The notes under the pieces were generated by a model. The model saw only the letters and a program-made list of their open reading frames with translations, was not told where the DNA came from and did not search any database. The translations under genes and the position numbers were made by a program. DNA of 64,000 nucleotides from a bacterium (GTDB lineage Bacteria > UBA8248 > JACPRG01 > G963555815): contig OZ244653.1 in the NCBI GenBank assembly GCA_965218795.1, forward strand, positions 1,376,001-1,440,000, in the 5' to 3' direction. Positions 55,912-64,000 of this stretch are shown piece after piece (positions within the stretch are counted from its first letter, which is position 1; the number at the start of each line of letters is the position of its first letter).

Positions 55912-58227
55912 CTATACCGTTGCGGCTGCCGCCTCGATTCGGCTGAGGACATACTCCGGCGTCAGGGGAATCCGGTCGAACGTCGCGCCCGTGGCCGCGC
56001 TGACCGCGCTCGCGATGGCGGCGGCCGTCGCCACGACAGGCGCTTCTCCGATTCCTTTCGTTCCCATCGCCCCTTGATCGGACTGGCTTTCCACGACGAT
56101 GGTGTCGAACTCCGGGATGTCCGGGGCCAGCGGCACCTTGTAATCGAGGAAGCTGGGGTTGAGCAGGTGACCCTTATCGTCGAAGAACATCTGCTCGGTG
56201 AGGCCCATTCCGAGCGACTGAATCGTGCCGCCCTCGATCTGGCCCTCCACGCCGATGGGATTGATGGCGAATCCCGCGTCGCAAGCCGAGGCGATTTTCA
56301 ACACCTTCACATTTCCGGTTTCCCGATCGACCTCCACCTCCGCGGCCTGGGCCACGAACGCGGGCTGGCCGAAGCTGGGGATGGCCAGCGCCACCTCGAC
56401 ATCCGGGCCCGGCGGCCAGGGCAGGCCGTTGAACGAGCCGCTGGCCATCATGGGTCCTTGCGAACCGGGCTTGCCGGCCGTCGCGCAGAGCAGACCCAAC
56501 GGGATGGCCTTCTCCGGCGCGCTTCGAACGAACACCTTGCCCTCCTCGAATTCCACTTCATCGGGGTCCGCTTCCAGCATGCCGGCGCCCCGCTTCCGGA
56601 TCTCCCGCTTCAACTCTTCGATGGCCGCGCCGACCGCCCGTACGTGGTTGTACGTAGAACGGCTCCCGACCGTCCCGTAATCCCACGGGCCGGTCTCCGT
56701 GTCGCCGGAAGAGATGTTGATCTTGTCGACATCGATCCCCAGCTCATTCGAGATGAAGATGGGAAGCCCTCCGTGGACGTTGCCTGTGCCGTGATCGACG
56801 AAACCCGTGATGAGGCTGACCGTACTGTCCTCGTTCATCTTGATCGTGGCGGACGAGCCCATCCCGATCAGTGTGGCGAACCAACCGACAGCAACGCCCA
56901 CGCCCCGTCCTTCGGGTCTGTCATCCGCCCAACCCATCGACTCCTTCACTTTCTGGAGACCTTCCTTGAGGCCGACGCCGCCCAGTTCCTGTCCCGAGGG
57001 ACCCAGGTCGCCGGGATTGACGCAGTTCTTCATCCGCATCTCGAGCCGGTCCATGCCGATCGCGTCCGCGAGGCGATCGGTGTGGCCCTCGACGGCAAAG
57101 GCGGCCTGCGGCCCGCCCGGCCCCCGGACGAGCGAGAAACTCGGCAGGTTGGTGAACACGGCCAGGGTCTGAATCAGCAGGTTCGGAATGTTGTAGGGGG
57201 CGCCCGCCGCGTTGGTCACCAAGGAGACCATGACGGGCGCCAACATCACGCTGTGACCCGTGTTCATGATGATGCGGATCTGCCTCGCCACGATCTCACC
57301 CGTGTTCTTGACCCCCGAGCGCACATGGATGGTCATCGGGTGCCTGGGTTGCGTGATCTCGAACTCTTCCTCCCGCGTCATGACATAGCGCGCGGGTCGA
57401 TTGGACTTGAGCGCCAAGGCCGCGATCATCGGCTCAACCCATACCTGGCACTTGGAGCCGAAGCCTCCTCCCACCGTCGGCGCGATGACGCGGACCTTGG
57501 AAATCGGGATGTGCAGGCCGTGGGCGGTCACCTCACGCACGCCGAATGGCACCTGTGTGGACGTCCAGATCGTCACCCCGTCGCCTCCCTGCGAAGGGGC
57601 CGCCACAACGCCGTGGGTCTCGATCGGAGAGCCCTGAACGGCCGGGATCTCGAAGGTGTCCTCGATGATCTCGTCCGCTTCGGCGAACCCTTTGTCGGGG
57701 TCGCCCTTCCTGATCATCCCCTTCCAGCAGAGGTTGTGATCCGTCATCATCTTGTGTGCATCGGCGGCCGGCGGGATGACTTCGTAGGATGGATACTCCT
57801 CGTGGAGCACCGGGGCGCCCGGGTCCATCGCTTGTTCGGCCGAGACAACGGCGGGAAGCTCTTCATATTCAACCTGGACCAGATCGACGGCCCGCTTGGC
57901 CGTTTCCATGTCTTCGGCGGCGACCGCCGCCACAATATCGCCGACGTACCGGACCTTCTCTTTCGCGAACAGCCTCTGGTCCATCACGACTTCGCCGACC
58001 CGGACATCGGGAACGTCAGCGTGGGTGACCACGCCTGCCACGCCGGGCAGGGCCTCGGCGGCCGATGTGTCGATCGACTTGATCCGGGCGTGGGCCAGGG
58101 GAGACTTGACGAATCGGACTTGCGTCATGCCGGGGAGCTTCAGGTCCGCCAGGTACTGGGAGGCCCCCATTGCTTTCTCCCGACCGTCAAGCCTCGGAAC
58201 CCGCGTTCCGATGGAAGCTTGCACCAT
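55912..58227 (-). CDS. Xanthine dehydrogenase family molybdopterin-binding (large) subunit
   Basis: RLDG..KA.G, SPLAHARI, VGGGFGSK, LVRGPGGPQ, GQIEGG, GTKGIGE. Confidence 0.94.
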   Translation of the reverse strand: MVQASIGTRVPRLDGREKAMGASQYLADLKLPGMTQVRFVKSPLAHARIKSIDTSAAEALPGVAGVVTHADVPDVRVGEVVMDQRLFAKEKVRYVGDIVAAVAAEDMETAKRAVDLVQVEYEELPAVVSAEQAMDPGAPVLHEEYPSYEVIPPAADAHKMMTDHNLCWKGMIRKGDPDKGFAEADEIIEDTFEIPAVQGSPIETHGVVAAPSQGGDGVTIWTSTQVPFGVREVTAHGLHIPISKVRVIAPTVGGGFGSKCQVWVEPMIAALALKSNRPARYVMTREEEFEITQPRHPMTIHVRSGVKNTGEIVARQIRIIMNTGHSVMLAPVMVSLVTNAAGAPYNIPNLLIQTLAVFTNLPSFSLVRGPGGPQAAFAVEGHTDRLADAIGMDRLEMRMKNCVNPGDLGPSGQELGGVGLKEGLQKVKESMGWADDRPEGRGVGVAVGWFATLIGMGSSATIKMNEDSTVSLITGFVDHGTGNVHGGLPIFISNELGIDVDKINISSGDTETGPWDYGTVGSRSTYNHVRAVGAAIEELKREIRKRGAGMLEADPDEVEFEEGKVFVRSAPEKAIPLGLLCATAGKPGSQGPMMASGSFNGLPWPPGPDVEVALAIPSFGQPAFVAQAAEVEVDRETGNVKVLKIASACDAGFAINPIGVEGQIEGGTIQSLGMGLTEQMFFDDKGHLLNPSFLDYKVPLAPDIPEFDTIVVESQSDQGAMGTKGIGEAPVVATAAAIASAVSAATGATFDRIPLTPEYVLSRIEAAAATV

Positions 58228-58299
58228 GCTCTCTCTCCTCATTCGGTCTGAGAGTCGATGTGGACGCGGATTTCTTCAATTTTCCGCGCCGCCAACTGG

Positions 58300-58770
58300 T
58301 CACTTTGAGCCGGCCATGGTCTCCGCCGCGGCCCTCACCGACTGGAAGATCTTGATATAGCCCGTGCATCGGCAGAGGTTTCCCGCCAGGGCTTCTCGGA
58401 TTTCCTGGTCGGACGGATTGGGGTTGCTGCGCAGGAGCGCGTCCGCCGACATAATCATGCCAGGGATGCAGAACCCGCATTGAATCCCCCCGTTATCCAC
58501 GAAGGCCCCTTGGACGGGATTCAGGTCGCCGTCCTGCACGAGCCCTTCCACTGTCCGGATATCTCTCCCCTCGGCGTCTGCGGCGAGGAGGAGGCAGGCG
58601 TTGATCGCCCGACCGTCCACCTGCAGGGTGCAGGCCCCGCAATCGCCTTCGCCGCAACCTTCCTTCGTCCCGGTCAGGTGGAGGCGGTCTCGGAGAGCGT
58701 CGAGCAGGGTCTCATCCGGCCGAACCGATAGGGTGTGCGTTCGTCCATTCACATTGAGCGTGCATTCCAT
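58300..58770 (-). CDS. Xanthine dehydrogenase family 2x[2Fe-2S] small subunit
   Basis: GTKEGCGEGDCGAC, QCGFCIPG, NLCRCTGY. Confidence 0.96.
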   Translation of the reverse strand: MECTLNVNGRTHTLSVRPDETLLDALRDRLHLTGTKEGCGEGDCGACTLQVDGRAINACLLLAADAEGRDIRTVEGLVQDGDLNPVQGAFVDNGGIQCGFCIPGMIMSADALLRSNPNPSDQEIREALAGNLCRCTGYIKIFQSVRAAAETMAGSK

Positions 58771-58784
58771 CCCCGCCTCTCCTT

Positions 58785-59639
58785 TCATCGACTGGAAGCC
58801 TGGGCGAGCGCCCGGCGGGTCAAAACGGCAACCATCTTCCTCCGGTATGTCCCGGAGGCTCGAATATCATCGATCGGTTTGGATTCCGCGGCCGCCGCCT
58901 CCCCCGCCCGGGCGAAAACCTCCGCCGAGGGCGTATTGCCTTCGACCGCGTCGGCGGCGGACTTTGCCAGGAAAGGCGTCGGGGCCACAGCACCCAGGGC
59001 GATGCGGACCATCGAGCATGTCCCGTTGTTCACGGTCATGGAAGCCGCTACGCCCACCATGGCGATCTCCATGGCGCTTCGGATCCCGAGCTTCCGGTAA
59101 TTTGCCCCCGACCCTTCGGCGGGCGTGGGGACGCGAATTTCCGTCAGGATTTCATCCCCGGCCAAAGCCGTTTGATTGGGACCCAGAAAGAATTCATTGA
59201 GCGGGACCGTCCGCTCCCCCCCCGGCCCGAACAGAACGACCGAAGCGTCCAGCGCCAGAAAGGGCGGGGCAAAATCGGCCGACGGCGCCGCATGGCAGAG
59301 GTTCCCCGCCACCGAAGCGGCGTTTCGGACGGGCGGGCCCGCGATGGTCTTCCCCGTCTCGCCCAGGACCGGATATCTCACCCGGACGTCTTCGTTCTCA
59401 ATCAGCTCCGAATGGGTCACCAGGGCGCCGATGCGCAACCCGTCGTCCGGATTGAAGATCAGACAGCGAAGCTCATCGATCCGGTTCAGACTGACCACGA
59501 TTTCCGGCGTCACCTTCCCTGCGCGAAGCAGAACGACCAAATCCGTTCCCCCCGCGAGCACCCTGGCCTTCCCCTGGTGTTCCGTCAGGAGGGCGACGGC
59601 CTCTTCCTTTCCGGCCGGTCGAAACAGTTCTTTCACCAC
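58785..59639 (-). CDS. Xanthine dehydrogenase family FAD-binding medium subunit
   Basis: LAGGTDL, IGA.VT, RN.AS.AGN, PIDDIRAS..YR; GTG start. Confidence 0.94.
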   Translation of the reverse strand: MVKELFRPAGKEEAVALLTEHQGKARVLAGGTDLVVLLRAGKVTPEIVVSLNRIDELRCLIFNPDDGLRIGALVTHSELIENEDVRVRYPVLGETGKTIAGPPVRNAASVAGNLCHAAPSADFAPPFLALDASVVLFGPGGERTVPLNEFFLGPNQTALAGDEILTEIRVPTPAEGSGANYRKLGIRSAMEIAMVGVAASMTVNNGTCSMVRIALGAVAPTPFLAKSAADAVEGNTPSAEVFARAGEAAAAESKPIDDIRASGTYRRKMVAVLTRRALAQASSR

Positions 59640-59776
59640 GGCATTCGACCTCCCCTCATTGGGTTTTAAGCGCGATGGACCGAGAGAATCCAAACGATCC
59701 ACCCATAGGTCAGAATCGGCTCAGCCGGCCAGCGGGCCGGTTCCGCCGGAGTCGGTGATTCAACAACCGCCGCGGA

Positions 59777-61009
59777 TCAATTGTCCCAGGGCGTTCCCGT
59801 CTCAATCGGCTCGACGTCCGTCCGCTGGACCACGCCGTTATCGATTGGATTCCTGGGCATTCCGCGGAGCCGCGTTCCCGGCGGAACGCGGTTGGTCTGC
59901 CGCGTGGAGAGGATTTCCAGCACCCGCCGGGACTTTTCAAAGTCCTCGATGGGCTTCCATTCGACCAGTCCGGCTTCCTTCACCCGGGTCCAGATTTCCT
60001 CGCCCTTGGGCGTTCGGGCCACAACGATGGTCCATCCCATGGCGCCCACGCCGCCGCATGCGATGTCGGCCAACTCGGCCGAGAAGTCACCGCAGTGGTG
60101 GCACTCCGGCCGGCCGTAATTCGTAGCGCATTCCTTCAGGTTGATCTCGGCAATCTCACCGTCCTTTTTGTAGACGAGGACCTTTCCCTTCACGTTGAAC
60201 TTGACGACGTCGGAGAGGGGGATTCCAAGCTCGCCCTGAATCTTCTCCACCATCAACCCGTGATAGTTGAAGACCTCCGTGCAGAAGAGCCCGATGTTCA
60301 GCGCCACACGCCGGCCGAACCCCTTCATGAAATCTTCCTGCTTTTCGACGATCTTCGGCCGCTTGTCGGGGGTCTTGATGAAGGACGGGTCGCAGAGCTC
60401 CATCTTCCGGACCGGCGTAATCTGGCAGGGCACCCCGACGAAGGCGACCTTCTCCAGCCCCTTCTTCTTGACCTCCTCCAGTCCGAGATTATTGGGCACA
60501 TAGGTGTACCAGGATTTAGCCGTCTGCCGGATATCGTCCGCGTTGTCGATGACAATCGGCACGGGCTGGCATGGAAGCGTCCCGTCCAGCGAAGAAGCGA
60601 CGGCTCCGTCGATGACGCCTTCCTTCAGCGCCCACTCGAGAATCGTCGTCACCACCCCTCCGTCCTCGCCGCTCGCGAGCATGGTCGGGTCCTTGGCCCG
60701 GGCCACCTCAATGGTCCGGTACACGCCGAAGGCGCCCTCGTACGGGCGATCATCCTCGAACAGCAGATCCTTGAGGTTCCATTCCTTCGGATACAGGCGG
60801 GGGCAGACCGACGCGCACACGTCGCAGCCTATGCCCTCACTGATGCCGCAATAGTCGTGGGCGGCGTTCGCTTTCGCCGTCTGCTTCGGCTTGGCGTCTA
60901 CGTATTCAATCACGTTGTGGGGGCAGACGAGCACGCAGGAGCCGCACTCACAGCAACTCCCCCAGAAGACAACGTCTTGCATCATGTCCTTGTAGGTCGG
61001 GTGAGTCAT
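59777..61009 (-). CDS. Coenzyme F420 hydrogenase/dehydrogenase beta-subunit (FrhB)-like protein with N-terminal ferredoxin domain
   Basis: CCECGSCVLVCP..CDVCASVCP, DGGVVT, VGVPCQ, IGLFC, C.HC.DFSAELADI..GG, GWT. Confidence 0.88.
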   Translation of the reverse strand: MTHPTYKDMMQDVVFWGSCCECGSCVLVCPHNVIEYVDAKPKQTAKANAAHDYCGISEGIGCDVCASVCPRLYPKEWNLKDLLFEDDRPYEGAFGVYRTIEVARAKDPTMLASGEDGGVVTTILEWALKEGVIDGAVASSLDGTLPCQPVPIVIDNADDIRQTAKSWYTYVPNNLGLEEVKKKGLEKVAFVGVPCQITPVRKMELCDPSFIKTPDKRPKIVEKQEDFMKGFGRRVALNIGLFCTEVFNYHGLMVEKIQGELGIPLSDVVKFNVKGKVLVYKKDGEIAEINLKECATNYGRPECHHCGDFSAELADIACGGVGAMGWTIVVARTPKGEEIWTRVKEAGLVEWKPIEDFEKSRRVLEILSTRQTNRVPPGTRLRGMPRNPIDNGVVQRTDVEPIETGTPWDN

Positions 61010-61386
61010 GCGCGTACTCTCTCTGGGACAAAAGGATACAATTCGGTTTCCTTGCCGATAGCAGCCTCACTGACGGTCCGCTTCCCCGAGGACGGGTCAC
61101 TTCATTGACCTGAACCCGGTGGTATCGAACGAAAGACCCTCTTCAAGGCCTCCAAGTGAGGCTGACTACTCCACATTCTATGGGGGAGAGGCTTTGGGTG
61201 TAAAGACTCAGCGGGCCGCGGCGTCCCGGAGGGCATCCAACCATTACTCCCCCCTGCAAGTTGGTCCAGGACATGACGGCGGCAGTTCTCCCGGAATGTC
61301 AGGTCCCCTGATCTGTCGGCTTCAAATCGCCGAACGTGGCGAATCATGGAATCGGCCATGGATTCGGGAGAAAAATCTCGAATGCT

Positions 61387-61495
61387 CTGGATTCCTGCCT
61401 GCGCAGGAATGACGCAACAGAGTCACGTTGCCTCCCCCAGCCCGTCATTCCCGCTGGCCTGCCCCCGAATCTCTTAGTCGGGGACGGGAATCCAG
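61387..61495. repeat. Composite dRS3/REP-like palindrome, copy 3
   Basis: CTGGATTCCTGCCTGCGCAGGAATGAC-spacer-GTCATTCCCGC[..GCCTGCCCCCGA-N9-TCGGGG]ACGGGAATCCAG. Confidence 0.8.
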
Positions 61496-61642
61496 ATCGA
61501 TGGAAACGTGACGCGCATTTTCAAGATACGAATCATGCCCTCTCGGCCAAGACCATACGCGGCCTTCAATCTACGTTCAAGGGGCGCGGGTCGAATCCAT
61601 CTTTGACCGCATCCGCGACTTGATGCTCGGATCCACTCGGAA

Positions 61643-63991
61643 TCACGGTTGCTTCCCCTTTGCGGCCTGCCAGATCTTCTCCGCCCGTAGCGGCATATCG
61701 ATATGCGTCACACCCCAGGGTGAGAGGGCATCCATGACGGCATTGACCAGGGCAGGCGTCGAGGCGATGGTTCCCAATTCGCCGACCCCTTTGGCCCCCA
61801 GAGGGTTCACAGGAGTCGGTGTCGTCGTCCGCTCGACCTCAAACCACGGCAACTTAGTCGCCTTGGGCAAGGCATAATGCATAAAAGTTGCGTTCAATGG
61901 CTGGCCCGTCTCATCGAAAATGATCTCCTCATCCAGGGCCTGCGCCACTCCCTGAGCGATCCCGCCATGAACCTGGCCATCCACCAGGAGCGGATTAATG
62001 ACGTTCCCAACGTCGTCCACCGCCACGTAGCGGAGGATGTGAACGTCTCCCGTTTCGGGGTCAACCTCCACGATACAGATGTGGGTACCGAAGGGGTAAG
62101 TGAAATTCTCGGGCTCGAAGAAATGCGTTGCCTCGAGACCCGGGGTCTCTCCTTCGGCGAAGGCCACGCCGCCGGCCAGGGCGGGATGGTGCGCCCCCAG
62201 GGCGACCGTCGATAAGTCGACCCGCTTGTCCGGCGCCCCCCGGACGTGGAATTCACCTCCCTCCAGGACCACATCCGCCAGGTCGGCTTCCAGGTGAACC
62301 GCCGCGAACTTCTTCGTCTTTTCGATGACCTGATCGCGAGCAATCAAGACCGCAGCGCCACCCACGGCCGTTACCCGGCTTCCAAATGTTCCGATGCCGT
62401 ATTGGACCACGTCCGTATCGCCGTGCATCACCGTGACATCCTCGATCGGAACGCCAAACCCCTCGGCCACGATTTGGGCGAAAGTCGTTTCCTGCCCCTG
62501 GCCGTGGGGCGAGGCTCCGGTGAGAACCGTGATCTTCCCCGTCGGATGGATTCGAACGGTTGCGCTCTCCCATCCTCCAGCGGGTAAGGCCGAGGACGGA
62601 CCCATACCGCAAATCTCAACAAAGGTGGCCAGGCCAATACCCATATAACGCCCCTCCTGTCGGCCCGCGGCCTGATCCCTCCGGAGATCGTCATACTGAA
62701 CCATCTCCAGCGCCTTATCCAATGCAGCCGTATAGTCGCCGCTATCGTATGTGGAACCGCAAGGTGTCGAATAGGGAAAATCGTCTCGGTGAAGGAGATT
62801 TCTTCGCCTGATCTCAACCGGGTCCATACCTAATTCGAGAGCGGCGATATCCATGCCCCGCTCCAGGACATAGGTCGCTTCGGGGCGCCCCGCCCCTCGA
62901 TACGCGTCCGTCGCAATCTTGTTGGTGAAGGCCGCCCTGACTTTCACTTCAAGGTTTGAAATTCTATAGGCGCCGGACATCATGAGCACGGTCAACTCGA
63001 CGATCGCAGGCGTTTCAAGTTGGTAATAAGCGCCCACGTCCTGCACCAGATCGTACCGGAGAGCCCTGATCGTGCCGTCATTCATCACCCCCAGCTCGAC
63101 CTCGCCAACCTGTCCGCGACCGTGAATCGTGGCGAGGAAATTTTCTGAGCGGGTTTCGATCCATTTCACAGGTTTGTCAAGCACCCGGCTGATGAAGCAA
63201 ACAAGCGCTTCTTCACGGTATACGTTCAATTTGCACCCAAAACCCCCGCCCACCTCAGGGGTAATGACCCGGACCTGATGTTCGGGAATTCCCATCTGGA
63301 CGGCGATCTGCGTCCGCAGGATGTGGGGGATTTGCGTGGAAGACCAGAGGGTCAGCTTTCCCCGTCCGCGGTCAAAATCAGCAACCGCCCCCCGGGTCTC
63401 AATCGGATTCGGGACAACGCGCTCGTTGGTCAAGTGCTGCCGGATGACCCGGTCGGATTTCTTGAGCTCCTCGTCCACGTTTTCTCCCGCATACATGGTG
63501 AACGCGAGGTTGGAATCGAACCCTTCATGGACTTTGGGAGAACCCGGCTCCAGGGCCTTTTCCATATTAACGACCGCAGGGAGGGGATCGTATTCCACCT
63601 GCACCCGGTCCGCACCGTCCCGAGCGACGTACCGATCTGTGGCGACGACCGCCGCAATCGGCTCTCCCACATATCGAACCGTCCCCTGGGCGAGGATGGG
63701 GTGGTGGGGGATTTTCGTGTCTTCGGTGGCGCCGATCACTGGGACGGGACCGACGTCTTTTATGTCTTCCCCCGTATAGACGGCCACGACGCCGGACGAT
63801 TCAAGTGCGCGAGAGACATCCACTGACTTCAGGCGGGCATGCGCATGGAGGCTTCGCGCCATACACACGTGCAGACAACTCCGGGGCTCGATGTCGTCCA
63901 CATACTGGGCCAGCCCTTGAATCAGACGGGGATCCTCCCGCCGCTTGACAGGCTTGCCGATGAGCTTCGGGGGTTTGACGGTTTCGGTCAT
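61643..63991 (-). CDS. CoxL-like (form II) molybdenum hydroxylase large subunit
   Basis: RREDPRL, VGGGFG.K, AYRGAGRPE, NPLGAKGVGE. Confidence 0.92.
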   Translation of the reverse strand: MTETVKPPKLIGKPVKRREDPRLIQGLAQYVDDIEPRSCLHVCMARSLHAHARLKSVDVSRALESSGVVAVYTGEDIKDVGPVPVIGATEDTKIPHHPILAQGTVRYVGEPIAAVVATDRYVARDGADRVQVEYDPLPAVVNMEKALEPGSPKVHEGFDSNLAFTMYAGENVDEELKKSDRVIRQHLTNERVVPNPIETRGAVADFDRGRGKLTLWSSTQIPHILRTQIAVQMGIPEHQVRVITPEVGGGFGCKLNVYREEALVCFISRVLDKPVKWIETRSENFLATIHGRGQVGEVELGVMNDGTIRALRYDLVQDVGAYYQLETPAIVELTVLMMSGAYRISNLEVKVRAAFTNKIATDAYRGAGRPEATYVLERGMDIAALELGMDPVEIRRRNLLHRDDFPYSTPCGSTYDSGDYTAALDKALEMVQYDDLRRDQAAGRQEGRYMGIGLATFVEICGMGPSSALPAGGWESATVRIHPTGKITVLTGASPHGQGQETTFAQIVAEGFGVPIEDVTVMHGDTDVVQYGIGTFGSRVTAVGGAAVLIARDQVIEKTKKFAAVHLEADLADVVLEGGEFHVRGAPDKRVDLSTVALGAHHPALAGGVAFAEGETPGLEATHFFEPENFTYPFGTHICIVEVDPETGDVHILRYVAVDDVGNVINPLLVDGQVHGGIAQGVAQALDEEIIFDETGQPLNATFMHYALPKATKLPWFEVERTTTPTPVNPLGAKGVGELGTIASTPALVNAVMDALSPWGVTHIDMPLRAEKIWQAAKGKQP

Positions 63992-64000
63992 GGTTCAGGG

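Noticed and set aside
55783-58251. 822-aa plus-strand ORF, and similar long antisense ORFs such as 5510-6823, 15107-16405, 41838-43154 and 47644-49026
   Set aside because: They are shadows of well-supported genes on the opposite strand in GC-rich DNA and have no recognisable motifs
55912-59639. 4-hydroxybenzoyl-CoA reductase HcrCAB
   Set aside because: The FAD subunit is short (about 284 aa) and lacks the Cys-rich [4Fe-4S] insertion typical of HcrB
61643-63991. True aerobic CO dehydrogenase (form I CoxL)
   Set aside because: Active-site loop is AYRGAGR, not AYxCSFR, so CO oxidation cannot be claimed

Overview
GC-rich bacterial chromosomal segment with no rRNA, tRNA or CRISPR array that I can see. 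It is dominated by catabolic and redox genes: a BMP-family ABC transporter, three xanthine-oxidase-family Mo large subunits, an AOR-family oxidoreductase with MoaD, two UbiD decarboxylases, a benzoate-CoA ligase, two PaaK-like ligases, three crotonases, a reductive-dehalogenase/QueG-like 4Fe-4S protein, Fhs, an FrhB-like protein, EgtD and two ArnT-like glycosyltransferases. Mobile DNA includes an IS5 element and a 5.2-kb tandem-integrase island bounded by 14-bp direct repeats at the 3' end of a ubiD gene, and several eroded gene remnants are present. The most notable signals are missed by the ORF track. (1) Two probable selenoproteins (OsmC-like; peroxiredoxin-like with UxxC) are split at an in-frame TGA that is followed by a SECIS-like hairpin. 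(2) A repeated ATG(T/A)-N8-ACAT PadR-type operator links promoters at 35.9, 43.9 and 46.7 kb into a putative aromatic acid/aldehyde catabolic regulon, next to a UbiD + CoA-ligase module and a dehalogenase-like gene. (3) An autotransporter carries a (TCCAGAC)13 probable phase-variation tract and is bracketed by direct copies of a composite dRS3/REP-like palindrome. All family calls come from motif recognition by eye; no database searches were run.
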